This document shows positions 1-12,800 of a DNA stretch of 64,000 bases, in pieces. A program made the position numbers and the translations under genes. Origin of the DNA: Oikopleura dioica (Eukaryota > Animalia > Chordata); NCBI GenBank assembly GCA_907165135.1, contig OU015567.1, positions 12,896,001-12,960,000 on the forward strand. The letters run 5' to 3'. Numbering within the stretch: position 1 is the stretch's first letter; each line of letters begins with the position of its first letter. Below the pieces are notes generated by a model, which had not been told where the DNA came from, did no database searches, and saw nothing but the letters and a program-made list of their open reading frames with translations.

Positions 1-379
1 AGTTCGTGATTAGCTGGGAAATCGGCTTAGCAAACATAACTAAAACACCATTATTTTTTTTGAAAACGGTTCAATCGAATTTTTTACCTGTTCCTACAGA
101 ATATCGAGTAACGGTAGAATTCGACTTTTCAACGCGATATAAGAAGCGATGAGCTTTTAACAAGATTGAAAGGAATATGACACCGTTTATCAAGGAAAAA
201 CGTGTGTCTTATCAATTCTACACCGTTTCCTGCTCAGCTAGATATGTCGGCAGCAGCGGAACTAAAACCATTCAGTCATTAATCGAAGAACAGTTATGAT
301 TACTTATAGCGGTCAGGAGCACATTATCGATAAAAATCATGAAGAAAACTGCCGAAATCAGAATCGAGGATCTCTCCAT
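1..379 (-). CDS. SLC18A: SLC18 (VMAT/VAChT-like) vesicular MFS transporter, 5' part; runs off the window start
   Basis: Exons 379-304, 261-224, 124-88 and 39-1 with GT-AG introns translate to MERSSILISAVFFMIFIDNVLLTAIIPLLPTYLAEQET-SNSTVTRYSVGTVMFAKPISQLITN. This matches SLC18 TM1 (LLDNMLLTVVVPIIPSYL), a luminal N-glycosylation sequon (NST) and TM2 (VGLLFASKATVQLITN). Not in the ORF track. Confidence 0.8.
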
Positions 380-733
380 TTTGAAAAAATTCTTTATTAG
401 CTTTTTCATTTTCTAATTTAATTTAATTTAGTCACCTCATTCTAAAGTTGAAGAATCAAATCAGGATCTGTATTTAATTGACCGGCCCTGCGAATTATCG
501 GCTTTGAACAAGGATGGAGAAATCAATCATAAAAACAAGAATGCTAGTTTCAATATATTTCTTTGTTTCTTCCTACAGAATTGGATACAATTATCCATCT
601 GTAAATGAGTAAAATAGGTGCAAGTGTAATTTAATCCTTTGAAGAATCTTTCGAGCATTCTAAATCCTTTTGAGTGGTTTTCGTTTATAAACAAACTCCA
701 AGTTGGTTTTCTCGAAAATATAAAAATTTGAAA

Positions 734-1433
734 ATGTCTGATGTCGAAAGTGAAAAGGTCAAGATTCAAGTGATTGTTCGAACGAAGGACACTGATTGCG
801 CTGGAACTGATGCGAATGTCTTTGTTACACTAAAGGTTCGAGAGAAATTTGCTTCAATTGGGCGATAAAACGGTGTAAGGGGGTTTAACTCCGCCAGATA
901 ACCGTGTGGTCGATAAAAACCGGCCACAGGAGCTCACGATAAAAGCTCTCAACGTGCGCTTTTGACAATCCTGCGGACGAGGCTCAAATGCCGTCTTGTC
1001 AGGAAATACCTTTATCTCCCTTTTTAACGTGAACACTTTCGATGAACTTTTTTGAAGGGCGAGCAGGGCGAAACCGGAAAGATGGAGCTGAAGACGAGCG
1101 AAAATCACTTGAACAAATTTGAGCGAGGGCAAATTGATGTCTTCCATCATCAAATTGCTGAAATAGGCACAGGTAACAGAAAACGTGACAAAAACACAAC
1201 TTTCCTATGTTCGATTATTTTTCAGTGACGGCGATGAGAATAGAACATGATAATAAAGGACTCGGATCGTCCTGGTGCGTTGACTACGTTGAAATACATT
1301 TTCCGCATAGAGTCTACCACTTTGGTGAGCATCTTGGAACGCTTCATTTTCAAAATATATTTCAGATGTCGACAGGTGGATGGAAAAAGGACGTGTGGAC
1401 ACAACTTCTATTGATGTTGATTACACTGGGTAG
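734..1433 (+). CDS. Single PLAT/LH2-domain protein, 127 aa, 4 exons
   Basis: Exons 734-835, 1058-1172, 1226-1324 and 1366-1433 sum to 384 nt with consistent phases and GT-AG introns. PLAT signatures present: AGTDANVFVTLKG, NKFERGQID, RIEHDNKGLGSSWCVDYVEI, DRW. Confidence 0.85.
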
Positions 1434-1702
1434 CAAAAAAAAGAAACACAAAGTCTATTTTGCCCAAACATACTTATCTTGTCTGTTTCTATCTTAAAAT
1501 AAACTCATTCGTCATATGGTTGTAGAATGATTAATTGAGTGGGTACATCTTGAGCCTCGTGATGCCTCATGGTATCTTTCGCGATAGGTGGTGGCGCTCT
1601 GACGCGCGTTTTCACGATGCGCAGGTGTCGCTCTTTCGATTTTATAAAAGTGCTTTTAGACGACAATTCGAAACTCATAACTCAGCGTGAGCTCACTTCA
1701 AG

Positions 1703-4700
1703 ATGAAGCTCGGGAGTTTTTTCATCGCTCTTAAAACAGGTGCGCAGAGAGTCTTAGAGATCCACAGAGAAACGCCAGATTGAGCCAGACATTTTCTAAC
1801 GTGTATTGTTTAGCTGAGAGTTACGTGATACGCGATGAGGAAAACACAGCCTACGATGTTCAGCCCGTCAAAGAATGTATTTCCAAGATCGGAAATATCT
1901 GCGTCGCCCAGCGAATTACTGTAAGTAACAATTTGATCGACATTATCGTAAATGAGTAATTAAGGGTTACACAAAGAAACCAACATCGACGATTAGTGAA
2001 ACACTCGTTTCATCTGACACTCCAAAAGAGGACAAGAATAACTTTGGTAAATCATAAATATTCTGACAAGTAAATATATTTTCTACCATAGAAATGAGCC
2101 CACTTATTGGATACATGCTCACCAAAGACAAGGACTACCTCACTCTCGGTGTCCAAGGCAGCGATATCAACGGACTTTCCAACCCAGCTGTCAACTACCT
2201 CGCCGCACAAAAAGCACAAGATGGTGATCTTGCTATGTCTCTCGCCATGTCTAAGAGTAAGAATTCTTTCTAATTCAACGACTCATATTTATTGTCTAGA
2301 TCCTCTTCTTCCAATTTCCGATGTTCTCACTCAAGATGGTACCATTGCCGTTGCCACTGCCAAGAACAACAATCTCAAAGCCGATCCTAATGGCGTCGCA
2401 GCCGCCACCTTCCTCGCAGGCGCCAAAAATCCCTACACCGCCTTTGCTCTTTCTGGAAGCACCATCCCAGCACAGGGCATTGCTGCCAACAGTAAAAACC
2501 CACTCTACTACGCCCTCGGAGGCAATGCTGACATGGCCGCTGGTTACGCCGCACTCGGTGGTAATACTTGGGACAAGACCGGAGCTGATCCATGGCTTGC
2601 TTACGCCGTCTCTGGTGATCCAGCCACCCTTCATGCCGGTTTGAATAACAATGTTGCTGATCGAACCCGAGATTACTCTGCTTACCTCAGTGGCAACCCA
2701 GTCATGAGCTACACTATGACCGGCAACCCACTCGCCGCTGGTGTTCGATCGAATGTCAAAGTCAACAAGTCAAACAATCCAGTCATGAACTTGTACGCGG
2801 CCAAGCAAGGTGTCCAGGCTGCTACTGCTCTCACTGGAAACGCCAACGCCGCTTATGCCGCTCAGAAGTACGCTGCTGACAACAACTTTGACGTTACCAA
2901 GACCGTCCTTGCCGATCAACTTGGCAACCCTCTTCTGACAAAAGCCTTGACTAACGACCAGAATCTGGTTCTCAGTCAGGTCGCCGCTTCTGCTGATGCT
3001 GACACTAAGAAATTCCTCGGAGCCATGACCAAAGATCCATCTATGGCCCTTGCCGTCTCTGGCGATCCAGCATCAGTCTACGCCGCCAGCAAGGATGATC
3101 CAGAGAAGCTATCTCTCGCCATGGCAACTGGAAATCCTGCGATCGCATACGCAATGACCAAGGATCCAACCCTTATGGCTCTTTCTTCAGACGATCCAAA
3201 AGTCAAGCAACTCGGAGCTGCTCTTAGCGGTGATACAATCATGGCTGGAGTTGTTGGTGGCCCAGCCGCTGCCCTTGCCGCAGACACTGCTGATCCTGTC
3301 AGAAGCATGATGATCCAACAGTTGGACAACCCCATCGCTGCCTACCAGCTTACCAATGATGAACGAGCTCTTTTCATTAACGATAAAGACAACAAACTCT
3401 CCGCAGGTGTAAATGCTCCTTTGGTCGCTGCCTTGACTAAGGATCCTCTTCTTACCGCTGCTACTACAGGAAATATCATGGCTTCCTACTACGCTGACAA
3501 ACCTGATCCAATGAAGTCTATGATCCTCAACGGTTCTGGAAATCCTGCTCTTGCCTACGCTGGAGCTCTCCGAGATCCTGATGTGACTCGATCAGATGCA
3601 ATGATTGATGCTGCCATCGCTGGGGGAAACACTGACATGGCTGCTGCCAAAATCCTTGGAAAAGGTGCTCCTCCTGCAATACAGCTAGGAGCAGCTGGCG
3701 TCCCCATACATAACAACGTACCTGAATTCATTCTTGGCGCAACTGGAAATGCCCACGCTGCCCTTCTCGCCGATGGAACCGATACTATTTCTGACGAAGA
3801 CATTCTCCTTGGTTCTCAGAGCAATAGCGCAGCGCTCACTTACGGCCTCACGGGCAGCAACGTCCTCGCTGCAATCACAGATCCAGAGGCTAAAGCGAAT
3901 CCAGTTCTTGTCGGTGCTAACAGCAAGACCGATGCAATGGAAACATTTGTCGCCACTGGTGATGCTACTGCTGCCAACTTGGCATCAGTTGACGTTGCCG
4001 CACCAACAGCGAATGATGAAATTAATAAAGCTGTTCTCGCTGGTCAGCTCGATAGTCCTCTTGCCACTTATGCGATCACCAAGGACAAAGATCTCATGGC
4101 TATCCAAATGGCTGAGAACGGTGACGCCAACCCAAACACGATCGCATTCTTGACACAAGATCAGGCTAATACGTACGCTCTTACTGGTGATGCCAAGGCT
4201 GCCTACATTGCAAAGGGTTTGCCAACCGACACGACAAGTGAACAACTTAAGAAATTCTACGCTGCTGAGACTGGCAACCCAGCCCTTGCCTACGCTGTCA
4301 CTAAGGACGCTACCCTTGCGGCTCTTACTGCTGGACCAGAGAACGTTGCTAACGATCTTGGACTCACATACCTCCTCTCCAAGGATGCTACTGTCCAACC
4401 TCACCATGCCTTTGCTCTTACCGGCGGTAACCCAGCAACTCTCATCGCAGGCAACCAAAATACTGATGCAGACAAGCTCGTCACTCTTTCCGCTGCCGCC
4501 ACTGGCAACCCAGCTCTTGCCTATGGACTCACTAAAGATCCCACCCTCGCGGCCGTCACATCAGATCAGTTTAAGGCTGCACAAAAACCACACTCTACTG
4601 TTGGCGCCGTTTTGGCGCGAACTAACCCAGAACTTGCTTACTCTTTTACCGGCAACTCCAACTACTTGCTCCAATCAGAACTTGCAGGCAATCCATCCCT

Positions 4701-5052
4701 CGCTCTCGCCCTTGGCCAGAACGCTCCACAACTGACAGCAGCTCAACTCGCTAGCTCTGCTTTCCTCACACAGGACCAGGCCTATGCTCTCTACGGAAAC
4801 CCACTCGTCTACAGCGTCGACCAGGCTACTCAGAAGCAGCTTGGCCTTGCTTCAGCCCTCGGCAGCCCAGCTGTCGGCTACTTGGTCGACCCTAACAAGG
4901 GAAAGGACGCTACTAAGACCCTCAACAATGTTCTCGCCAGTCAATCAGCGAATCCACTAGCAGCTGCTGCCGCAATCCAGACAAACAATCCAATCTTGCA
5001 ATATGGCGTCACCCAGCATCCTTATTTTCTTTATAACTCTCTCCTAAATTAA
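1703..5052 (+). CDS. Secreted Ala/Gly/Asn/Asp/Tyr-rich repeat protein, 1047 aa, 5 exons; candidate extracellular structural (oikosin-like) protein
   Basis: Exons 1703-1739, 1814-1920, 1965-2046, 2092-2256 and 2300-5052 sum to 3144 nt, all GT-AG. N-terminus MKLGSFFIALKTAES is signal-peptide-like, TATA-like tataaaa lies near 1643, and the motif GNPALAY(A/G)xTKD recurs. The ORF-track N-terminus (2107-2299) is in the wrong frame or intronic. Function is inferred. Confidence 0.8.
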
Positions 5053-5261
5053 GCTTGAAAGCTTCCTTTTAACAGATTTACTTTCTCTTCTCTTGTTCAT
5101 AGTAATTCCAAACGAAAAAAGTAAACACATTGACAACAAACAAAAAAGAGTTTATTAAAAGAATACAACTCCTACTGCCCGCAATACTTACCCTCCTATT
5201 ATCAAATAACAAAAAGCTGTTCAACACGAGCGAATAAAAATAATAAAATCATGAAAAATAG

Positions 5262-6792
5262 CTAATAGGCATTATTGCAGGATTCTTTGCGCTTCGTCAA
5301 CGGCAAATCCAAAAGGCAAAAATTCGCTCCATAAGGATCTTCATGATCGAGGCGCAGAAAAAGCCCAGTGATGTTGTAATCAATAAGAATTGTTGTTGGA
5401 AGAAATGCTTTTGTTTGAGGACATGGCTCAAGTTGGTCGAAGATCTGTTGTTGAACAATTTTGCCATCCCATGATTCCATAGTTTCGGACGTAAGCGGGC
5501 GTACTAAAAAAATTGTATTTTTGGTTCAGTATACTCGGCACCTACATGGTAAGCTGATGCCATAGTTGAGAGGAAAATATTCTGGAACGTCGGTTTTTGA
5601 ACAATCTTTAACAATTGGTTTCCGACATTAATTCCATCCCCTATGCCCAAGGGGTACCTTTATGATTCGACGAACGATGATAATGATGGCAATCTACAAC
5701 AAAATATTGCATTTTTACTTATCATTATAAGATACCGTAAAAAAGGTTGGTAATTCTCAACATTCTGCGCATCTTTTCAAGGTCTTCAATTGATTTTAGA
5801 AAGAAGAGACTTCCCTCTTTACATTGATTATTGATTGTCAAGTTTTGGAAGGTGAACTCCATGTTCTCGTCGAACGGGATCCACGGCCAGTCTTGATAAT
5901 GGAGATCCAAAAATACAACCGGATCCACCCAAATTGGTCGATAAGTTTCATTCCCTACTCGCTCTCTAGTGCATATAAATGGCAACTGAAAAAGGTGTGG
6001 AAAATTGTATCGAAAATAATTTGCTTACTGTATTCTGATGGGTCGGAGGATCTTCGAGAAAGCTCGCGGTAAGACAGTGTGGAGTTTCTACTGTAAAATC
6101 ATTTTTGTACGATACGCGTATCTCTTTGGTAAGCTTTGGAGAATAACAAAATGAAATTAATTCTATGCGTTTTTTTTTCAAAGTATTCCTGGAAAATTTC
6201 ATCCTCGTTCGTCGCTTGAAAGTTTTCTATGGAATAGAAAACCTCTCGGAGTTGATTTCTTAGATACAGTTAGAATTGGACTTTGATTTATCGCCTTACT
6301 TTGAGATGTATGCACCATCTTCTGCCGCTATTTTAAAATGAGTACTGTTGAGATATTCAATTTTGTTCCTCAGGAATGTTAGTTTGCCCAGAATAGCACG
6401 TCTATAATGTAATTTTTCGTTTTTGTTTTGTTAAAGAAAGGCTTACTTTGATATTTCATTTCGAGTATCTTGGGAGTTTAATAATGGAAGCTCCTTTTTC
6501 AAATAATTGCAAACCCGAACTGCGTGTTCTTTATTTACGTGTTCCCAGCAAAGAGTTTTTTCCTCGTCAATTTCATCCCAAACTTTTCTTTGGTATAAAA
6601 CACTAGCCATAGGTCTTTCAATTCAGTTAAATACCAAAATTTGATGCTTTTATCAATCCACTCTTCAGTCAATAATTGAAGTTGTCCAAAGATCGCTCTA
6701 GTTTTGTGAAAATTTCCCAGAAAGCATAAAACCGCGCTGAAGATTCCGCAAAGGGCAAAAATAATCAAGTACTTATTCAGTTTCACTTCCAT
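5262..6792 (-). CDS. Uncharacterised multi-exon protein with an N-terminal membrane anchor (probable type II)
   Basis: ATG at 6792 gives MEVKLNKYLIIFALCGIFSAVLCFLG (hydrophobic). Several GT-AG-bounded open exons follow (e.g. WDEIDEEKTLCWEHVNKEHAVRVC, ETYRPIWVDPVVFLDLH), with a stop at 5262. Not all junctions were resolved and no family was recognised. Confidence 0.5.
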
Positions 6793-9700
6793 TTCTGACC
6801 ATTTCAATGTGAGATGAGAAAAATGAGTACTCTCTCACACGTGATGCTTTTTTTTTTAATATACGCAGTTCAAAGGACCAAAGAGCGAAATCAAGGATAA
6901 AGCGACGCGCGGAAGTGGCCAAACTTTCCCTTTTATCGTTTATTTCAAAGAGAAGGCATGACTTCTGGAGAGTTCTCTATTTTTCTGTAGCATTATTTTT
7001 TCTCGTCATATCTTTTTTTACTGTTGCTTGCTAAATGCAGTAGCATTTCCTGAGTTCTTAATTTGTCTGCGATCAACAAAGAATAAGTTGGTTTTTATTA
7101 AGCTTATTTTTCTATTATATATGGCCCATATGATATGGGCAATATATTATATTATATATGATCTATAATATATGAATCATATAATATAATATGATATAAT
7201 ATGATATATTCTATAAGTTTTATATGTATAGTTATACTGTAAAACTTACACAGACTATAAATTATTGTGTAACGACAAAAAAAACAGTTAACAGTACTTG
7301 GGAGACTGTGATAACTGTAATTGAAGATCGTAAATCGTGTTTTTCGCAACGGTAACCGTAAATTTCCGCAAATCAAAAGCACCCCTCGAGATAATGCAAA
7401 TTACTTCAGCTGAAAAGAGTGACATGATGACGGGGTGGCATTTTCAGATTTCGAAGCAGAAATTACAGAATGAAAAAAAATCTTTGAAAGGATACTTGAG
7501 GCACGCTCGTGGCACAGAATAGGCACTTGAGCCGAAACCCGTTACAGCCGGTCGCGAAGGACTGTAGCAGTTTCTCAGAACATTGAGGAAAACAACAACT
7601 ACAGTTTCTCACCTGCGCACACTAGTTCAAAAGTCAAATATGATCTGACAGGGGTGAATTATAAACATTTCGAAACTGTGTCAATCGATAAATACAACAG
7701 AACAGTTTAACACTGTATAAATCATACTGTATGATTCTTTCTAAAGCAAGAATATTCGGTGATTGCTTATCAGCGCAATTAGAAGTAATCAATCCGTCGC
7801 AAAAACGGATATACCGTGGACATATTCACGTAAGGCCGCCCTAGGGCCGTCCACAGTCTTCGTGTACTGATAAAAACTATCAGAAGAGAAATTCTTGGAC
7901 AGGAATTTAGAAATTTAAATCAATAAAGAGAGACTAACGAGAATACGAAATTTTTACGTCAGGTAATCTCATTTATACCACGTTTTTCTCGGTTTATATA
8001 AAAGCTAGAGAGCTTGAGATAATTTTAGTTTGAATATTTTTAGTTTGAGTTTTTTTTTTCTTTTTTTCGAAGAAAATTTTCAAGGTAGATTGAAGCTCAT
8101 TTGCCAGTTGTTAGTCTTCCTTGGTTTCCATTTTTTGTGAAAGAAGCTGTCAGAAAAGGAATAATGTATATTTGAGTAAAGAAAAAGATGGCTTTCGATT
8201 AAACAAATTACATCGGACTGACTTTTGCTAAATCCATGGTAACTACCCGTCCAGCCAAACACCAAACAGAGAACTTGTCAAAGCTTTCTCCCGCGCGTGT
8301 AGAGATTTTTTTCCATTTTATTTCCTCGAGCCCAGAATAAAAAAGGTAATGACTCGATTTTCATGCTCAGTAAAAAGTTCAGTACTGAGTTCATGTAGGA
8401 GTAAATGTTGAGTAAATTTGAGTTGCGTTCGATAAAGAGGCGTAAAAGCGACTTTTTGCGGTGGAAATGTAAATTGTAAAATTTCAAAGGCACAAGATCG
8501 AGGCAATAAGGGGCATCTCAGAGGACTTTTTCGAGAGTTGAAGTTAGTTTCATTTCAAAATGACAATGCTCAAGTTTGCATTTTGAAGTAGCCAAATTCG
8601 ATTTTGCAGAATAGTAGTGTGTCAGTATCGACGGAAGTACAACAGTGCTACGTGGAGATACATACGGATCGAAATCGCAAATAAGCAAATATCTCCTTGA
8701 CAGGTCCCAAGAAAAATCAATGCCTTCAGAGATAGCCGTGAGGGCGGGACGTTTTTAGCAACGTAAAAAATCGTTGCTGATTTTAAAAAACGCCTGTGTC
8801 ATTTTTAATGATGTATTTTTTTTTTCGCAATAAAGTCAAGGCGAAAGCAAAACTCGTAAAAGTAAAACTCTGAGCAGTCTTTTATTCCCTCGGGAAAGGA
8901 ACCATCTGGGGTTTTGATTTATTACCCGGTCAGAATTCAGAATTCTCAAAATTGTTATAGCAAGGGAGAGAAAACAGTTAATGGAGAATATGAGGATTCA
9001 AGTGGACCCTCGGTGGGACTAAGGACAAAAAACGATTTGCTCTGTGTCCACTTGAATAGATGAAAGATGTTAATGACGCTGAATTTGAGAATTCGCGCAC
9101 TACATTCATCTTTCGACAATTTTCAAACTGTAGTTAGGTTCCTTAGGTTTATTGTCGCCTCAAGAAATCGTCAGGAAAGGCTTTTCCCTCTGAGATAATG
9201 AATCGCTTAGTAAGACTCGAAGATGAATGATTCGACTCACTGATCGTAAAATTCTCATCGTTTTTGTCCCCCCGTCACTACTGATTTTTGCTGCAGAGGA
9301 GTAAATAACAAATTTACGGTGGTGTTTGCCGAGAGAAAAAATTGTAAACCTAGCTGCTTCAGTTCGATCAAAGAGAGCGGAGGAAATTGCGAATTTTTTT
9401 ATTACAACTTCGAAAATAATAAAACACCGTAGGGGTCCCAATTACAACGCTATTATTTGCCGCGATTTTCCATGAGCTCGGCAGTTATCATAACAAAGAT
9501 TCTTCTTTTCAACGAAAAAAAACGCTTTCCCAAGACTTTTTTGTCTAGAGAAATTCTAGATAATCGTCTAATCAAGAGGTTTTTAAATTTTTTTTGTTTT
9601 GCCCGGAGGAGCGCGCCGCGCGAATTTTTCGCCTGGCGCCCTCTCGTGTCTGCCCATGCGCTGATTTCACCACGCTTCACCTCCGTTTCGCCCACTGTTC

Positions 9701-9845
9701 AATAATTCGGACGTTTTATTTTTTTCTAGATTGCGAGACCGAAATCCGCGAAAAAAGGGCTACAAAGACCGTATCGAAGAGAGATACTGAAATACGAAAA
9801 TTGAGAGATAACATAAAGAAGCTTTGCCAGCTCCCCTAAAGGCGC

Positions 9846-12800
9846 ATGCCCGGGGCGACTGGAACATCTGTGGCGGAAATGGAGCGACATGTGAATGAGC
9901 TATCCGATGAGGTGAAGCAAGAAGTTTCGGCGGTTATTAACGCGTCTGCCAGACAGTCTATCAGACCGTACAATACACAGGTAATAATTTATTACTAATA
10001 AACAACTTTCAAATTTCGTCTTTGAAATCCTCCTTTTTTACCCAGACGTGAGTTAATTCACAGACATTCTTCTACGTAAATTCACTCTCATTTTTGATTC
10101 TGAGATCAAAGAACATATTTCAATTAAAAATTTATCCGATGAGTTAATCCCCGGTACATGTGCCAATTAAGCGATTTCAGCCCTCTGTTGACATGGGCCC
10201 AAGCTTTTGGTCGATTTATGGGTTTACAAATTGTAAGCCCCTAATGGCTCTTAGATAGCTTCGAAAGTCGATTTTTGGCGAATATTGCCGAGCGCGCTAA
10301 TCGATGTTCAGAATGAATATTTATTCGCCATGAAGGAAGACTTGTCTGAATGGCTTCAAATTCTTCACTCAGGAAACGGCACCACAAAAAAGCTCAAACA
10401 CTTTTAGTTTGGAACTTCATAAAGACTCATCTACTGTCGCGTCCTTTGACGTCTTAGGAAATAAATCGCAGAATAAAATGACATATTTTTATCGATATTA
10501 TCGGACAGGCAAATACAGTTTGAAAGTAACTGTACGTCGATGAACAAACATTTGTGGTGCTCTTGAAAAGAAACGATAAACGCATATTCTTTCTTTCGAA
10601 AACTTGAAACTGGAATTCTCCTCTGCAAACACGCGAATACAGTGACGCTGCATGCCGAAGAGTTCAAAATGACGAACCCAGAGCATCCCTCGTTGACGAA
10701 AGTCAAGGTGCCGCAGAATTGTGTGAAGTTTAACGAGGTAAATAATTAAAAATCAGGCCCGGGCATATCTTTATTTTCCACACTTGTCTGTAAATTATTG
10801 ATTGATCAAGTTCACTTGGCAGTTGTTTATTCCGTATTTAATTGAGCTACGTACAGTAGCAGAATACTGTATTTAATCTGTATTCTTACCTCGCTTTTTG
10901 ATGAGAACTTCCTTCCTTGGATTGTTCAAACAGTATTTTTTTTTGTTTGAAGCATTGAAAGTTGCGGATATCCTCTTTCTTTCCATCTGGGACGTGAAAT
11001 TGCCCCCTAGGCGCGAGCCCTACTTGTTCAAAGATAGCCTCTTCGGTATTTACCCAGCGAGGATAAGCGCATCTGTCACAAAACGATGCATAATTGATAG
11101 TAGTTACAGTAGACGAAGGGAGCTTCTCTGTGGGTGACAGTATGTTGGGTCGGCTCCAGCTCGTTTTTAAATTTTAAATAATGAAACTGCGGTTCAGATT
11201 TCACGTCTATCTCCCTTTTCCATTCTCTTTTTGTTTCGATTCGTACAAAGCCCGGGGGAATCCAAATGATCCAAAAAGCCAAGGTCATGTGGTCCGGCGC
11301 CGGTGAACTCAGCCGGCAAAAGACCGATGAATATTTCATCTAAGAGCCGGATTTGAAAATTCACATTTAGGGCCGACATGTCAAAGCAGAGTCGTTCTTC
11401 GCGCGTGACAACGTTGCGGTCTTCATCAAGTGGTGCAGGGAAGAACTTGGCATTTCGGATATCATCATGTTCGAAACTGACGATCTCATATTGAGGAAGA
11501 ATGAGAAGAACTTTATCCTTACACTTCTCGAGGTACTGAAATCATGGAAGAGTACGAATTTCAACGAATATTTTAGGTTGCTCGACGAGGTGCAAAATTT
11601 GGAATGGAGGCACCAACGATCGTCAAACTAGAACAAGAAATTGAACGCGAAATGAGAATCGATGCGGGCGAAGTTGAAAGCGACTATTCCGATTATGAAG
11701 AGCCCGAACCAGAGCCGCAGAAAGTTGCGATCGACTTTAAAAGCCTGGATGAAATGGTAATTATGATCTTTGCCGATTCGCCAGATGAGGGATGCGCGGG
11801 TAGATTTCTCATGGGAATTGGTGAACTCTCGGTTCGGTCATTATTAACGCATTATTTCTAAAGGTGCAATATTATCTTGGACTTTGTACTTGCCCTACGA
11901 TGTTTTCGTTGACGAAAGTGGGAGATGGAAAGTATCGAATTGGAGACTCAAAGGCTTTGATCTACATGAGAGTAAGCAAATCTCTGTATTCTACAGTTTC
12001 AACCATTCTTAGATTCTCCGAAATCACGTGATGGTTCGAGTTGGTGGAGGCTGGGACACGCTAGAAAATTATTTGAACAAACACGATCCATGTCGGTGTC
12101 AACGCCATCGCCAGGAGAAACACATTCGTCAGGTAAAATTATCGGTATTATTGGTTATTTATAATATTGGACGATCTCCAAGCAAGAGATGAGTGATCGA
12201 GCTCCGATAGAACTGAAGATAAACCAGTTTGATGGGGAGTGTTAGTAATGGAGATAAAATAAGATTAGCCCTTAGAATCTCGCTCGCTAAGATTGTTCGG
12301 GTATTGAGAAGGGATGAAAGGGGCTTATATGGATTTTATAGAAACTTTCTGGATCAACGACGCGTCTTAATCAAACTCTCTCCCCTCAAGCGACGACCTC
12401 TTCAAAGTCATCGTCGCGGAGGGGGTCAAGGGCCTCGCTCGCGGCGACACTGTCGACATCGACGCCCTCGCTAAATGCGTCGAGGCCTGTAAAGACTATA
12501 ACAAGACCGAATCCCATCGGTCTTGAAAAGCCAAAAGATAGGCGCAGCTTGCCTGCTAGACCCGCAACGGCAACTCGACCGGCAAGGCGCTCGAGTGTGT
12601 CGTCCGAGTACTCGACCACTTCCGTGTCTGATAGACTCGGTCCTCCTAGGAAACGGCTTACGAAAACAAAACCTAAATCAAAACCCAAACTTCAACCTCA
12701 ACCACCACCAAAATCGAGTCTCGGGAGAAGTTCCTATAACAGTAAAACTCTGGGCGGAAGTTTCAGTGCTCGAAATAAAGTTAAAACAAAAACACCATCA

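Noticed and set aside
2296-4735. Multiple overlapping ORFs on both strands
   Set aside because: Off-frame and antisense shadows of the single large exon of the repeat protein.
5800-6700. SRCR-like or fukutin-like identity for the orphan membrane protein
   Set aside because: Only a few short motif resemblances (IWVD, C...AVRVC) with wrong spacing, and no nucleotidyltransferase motif.
7110-7382. Ile/Tyr-rich ORF
   Set aside because: Product of AT-rich low-complexity (atatg/atat) sequence.
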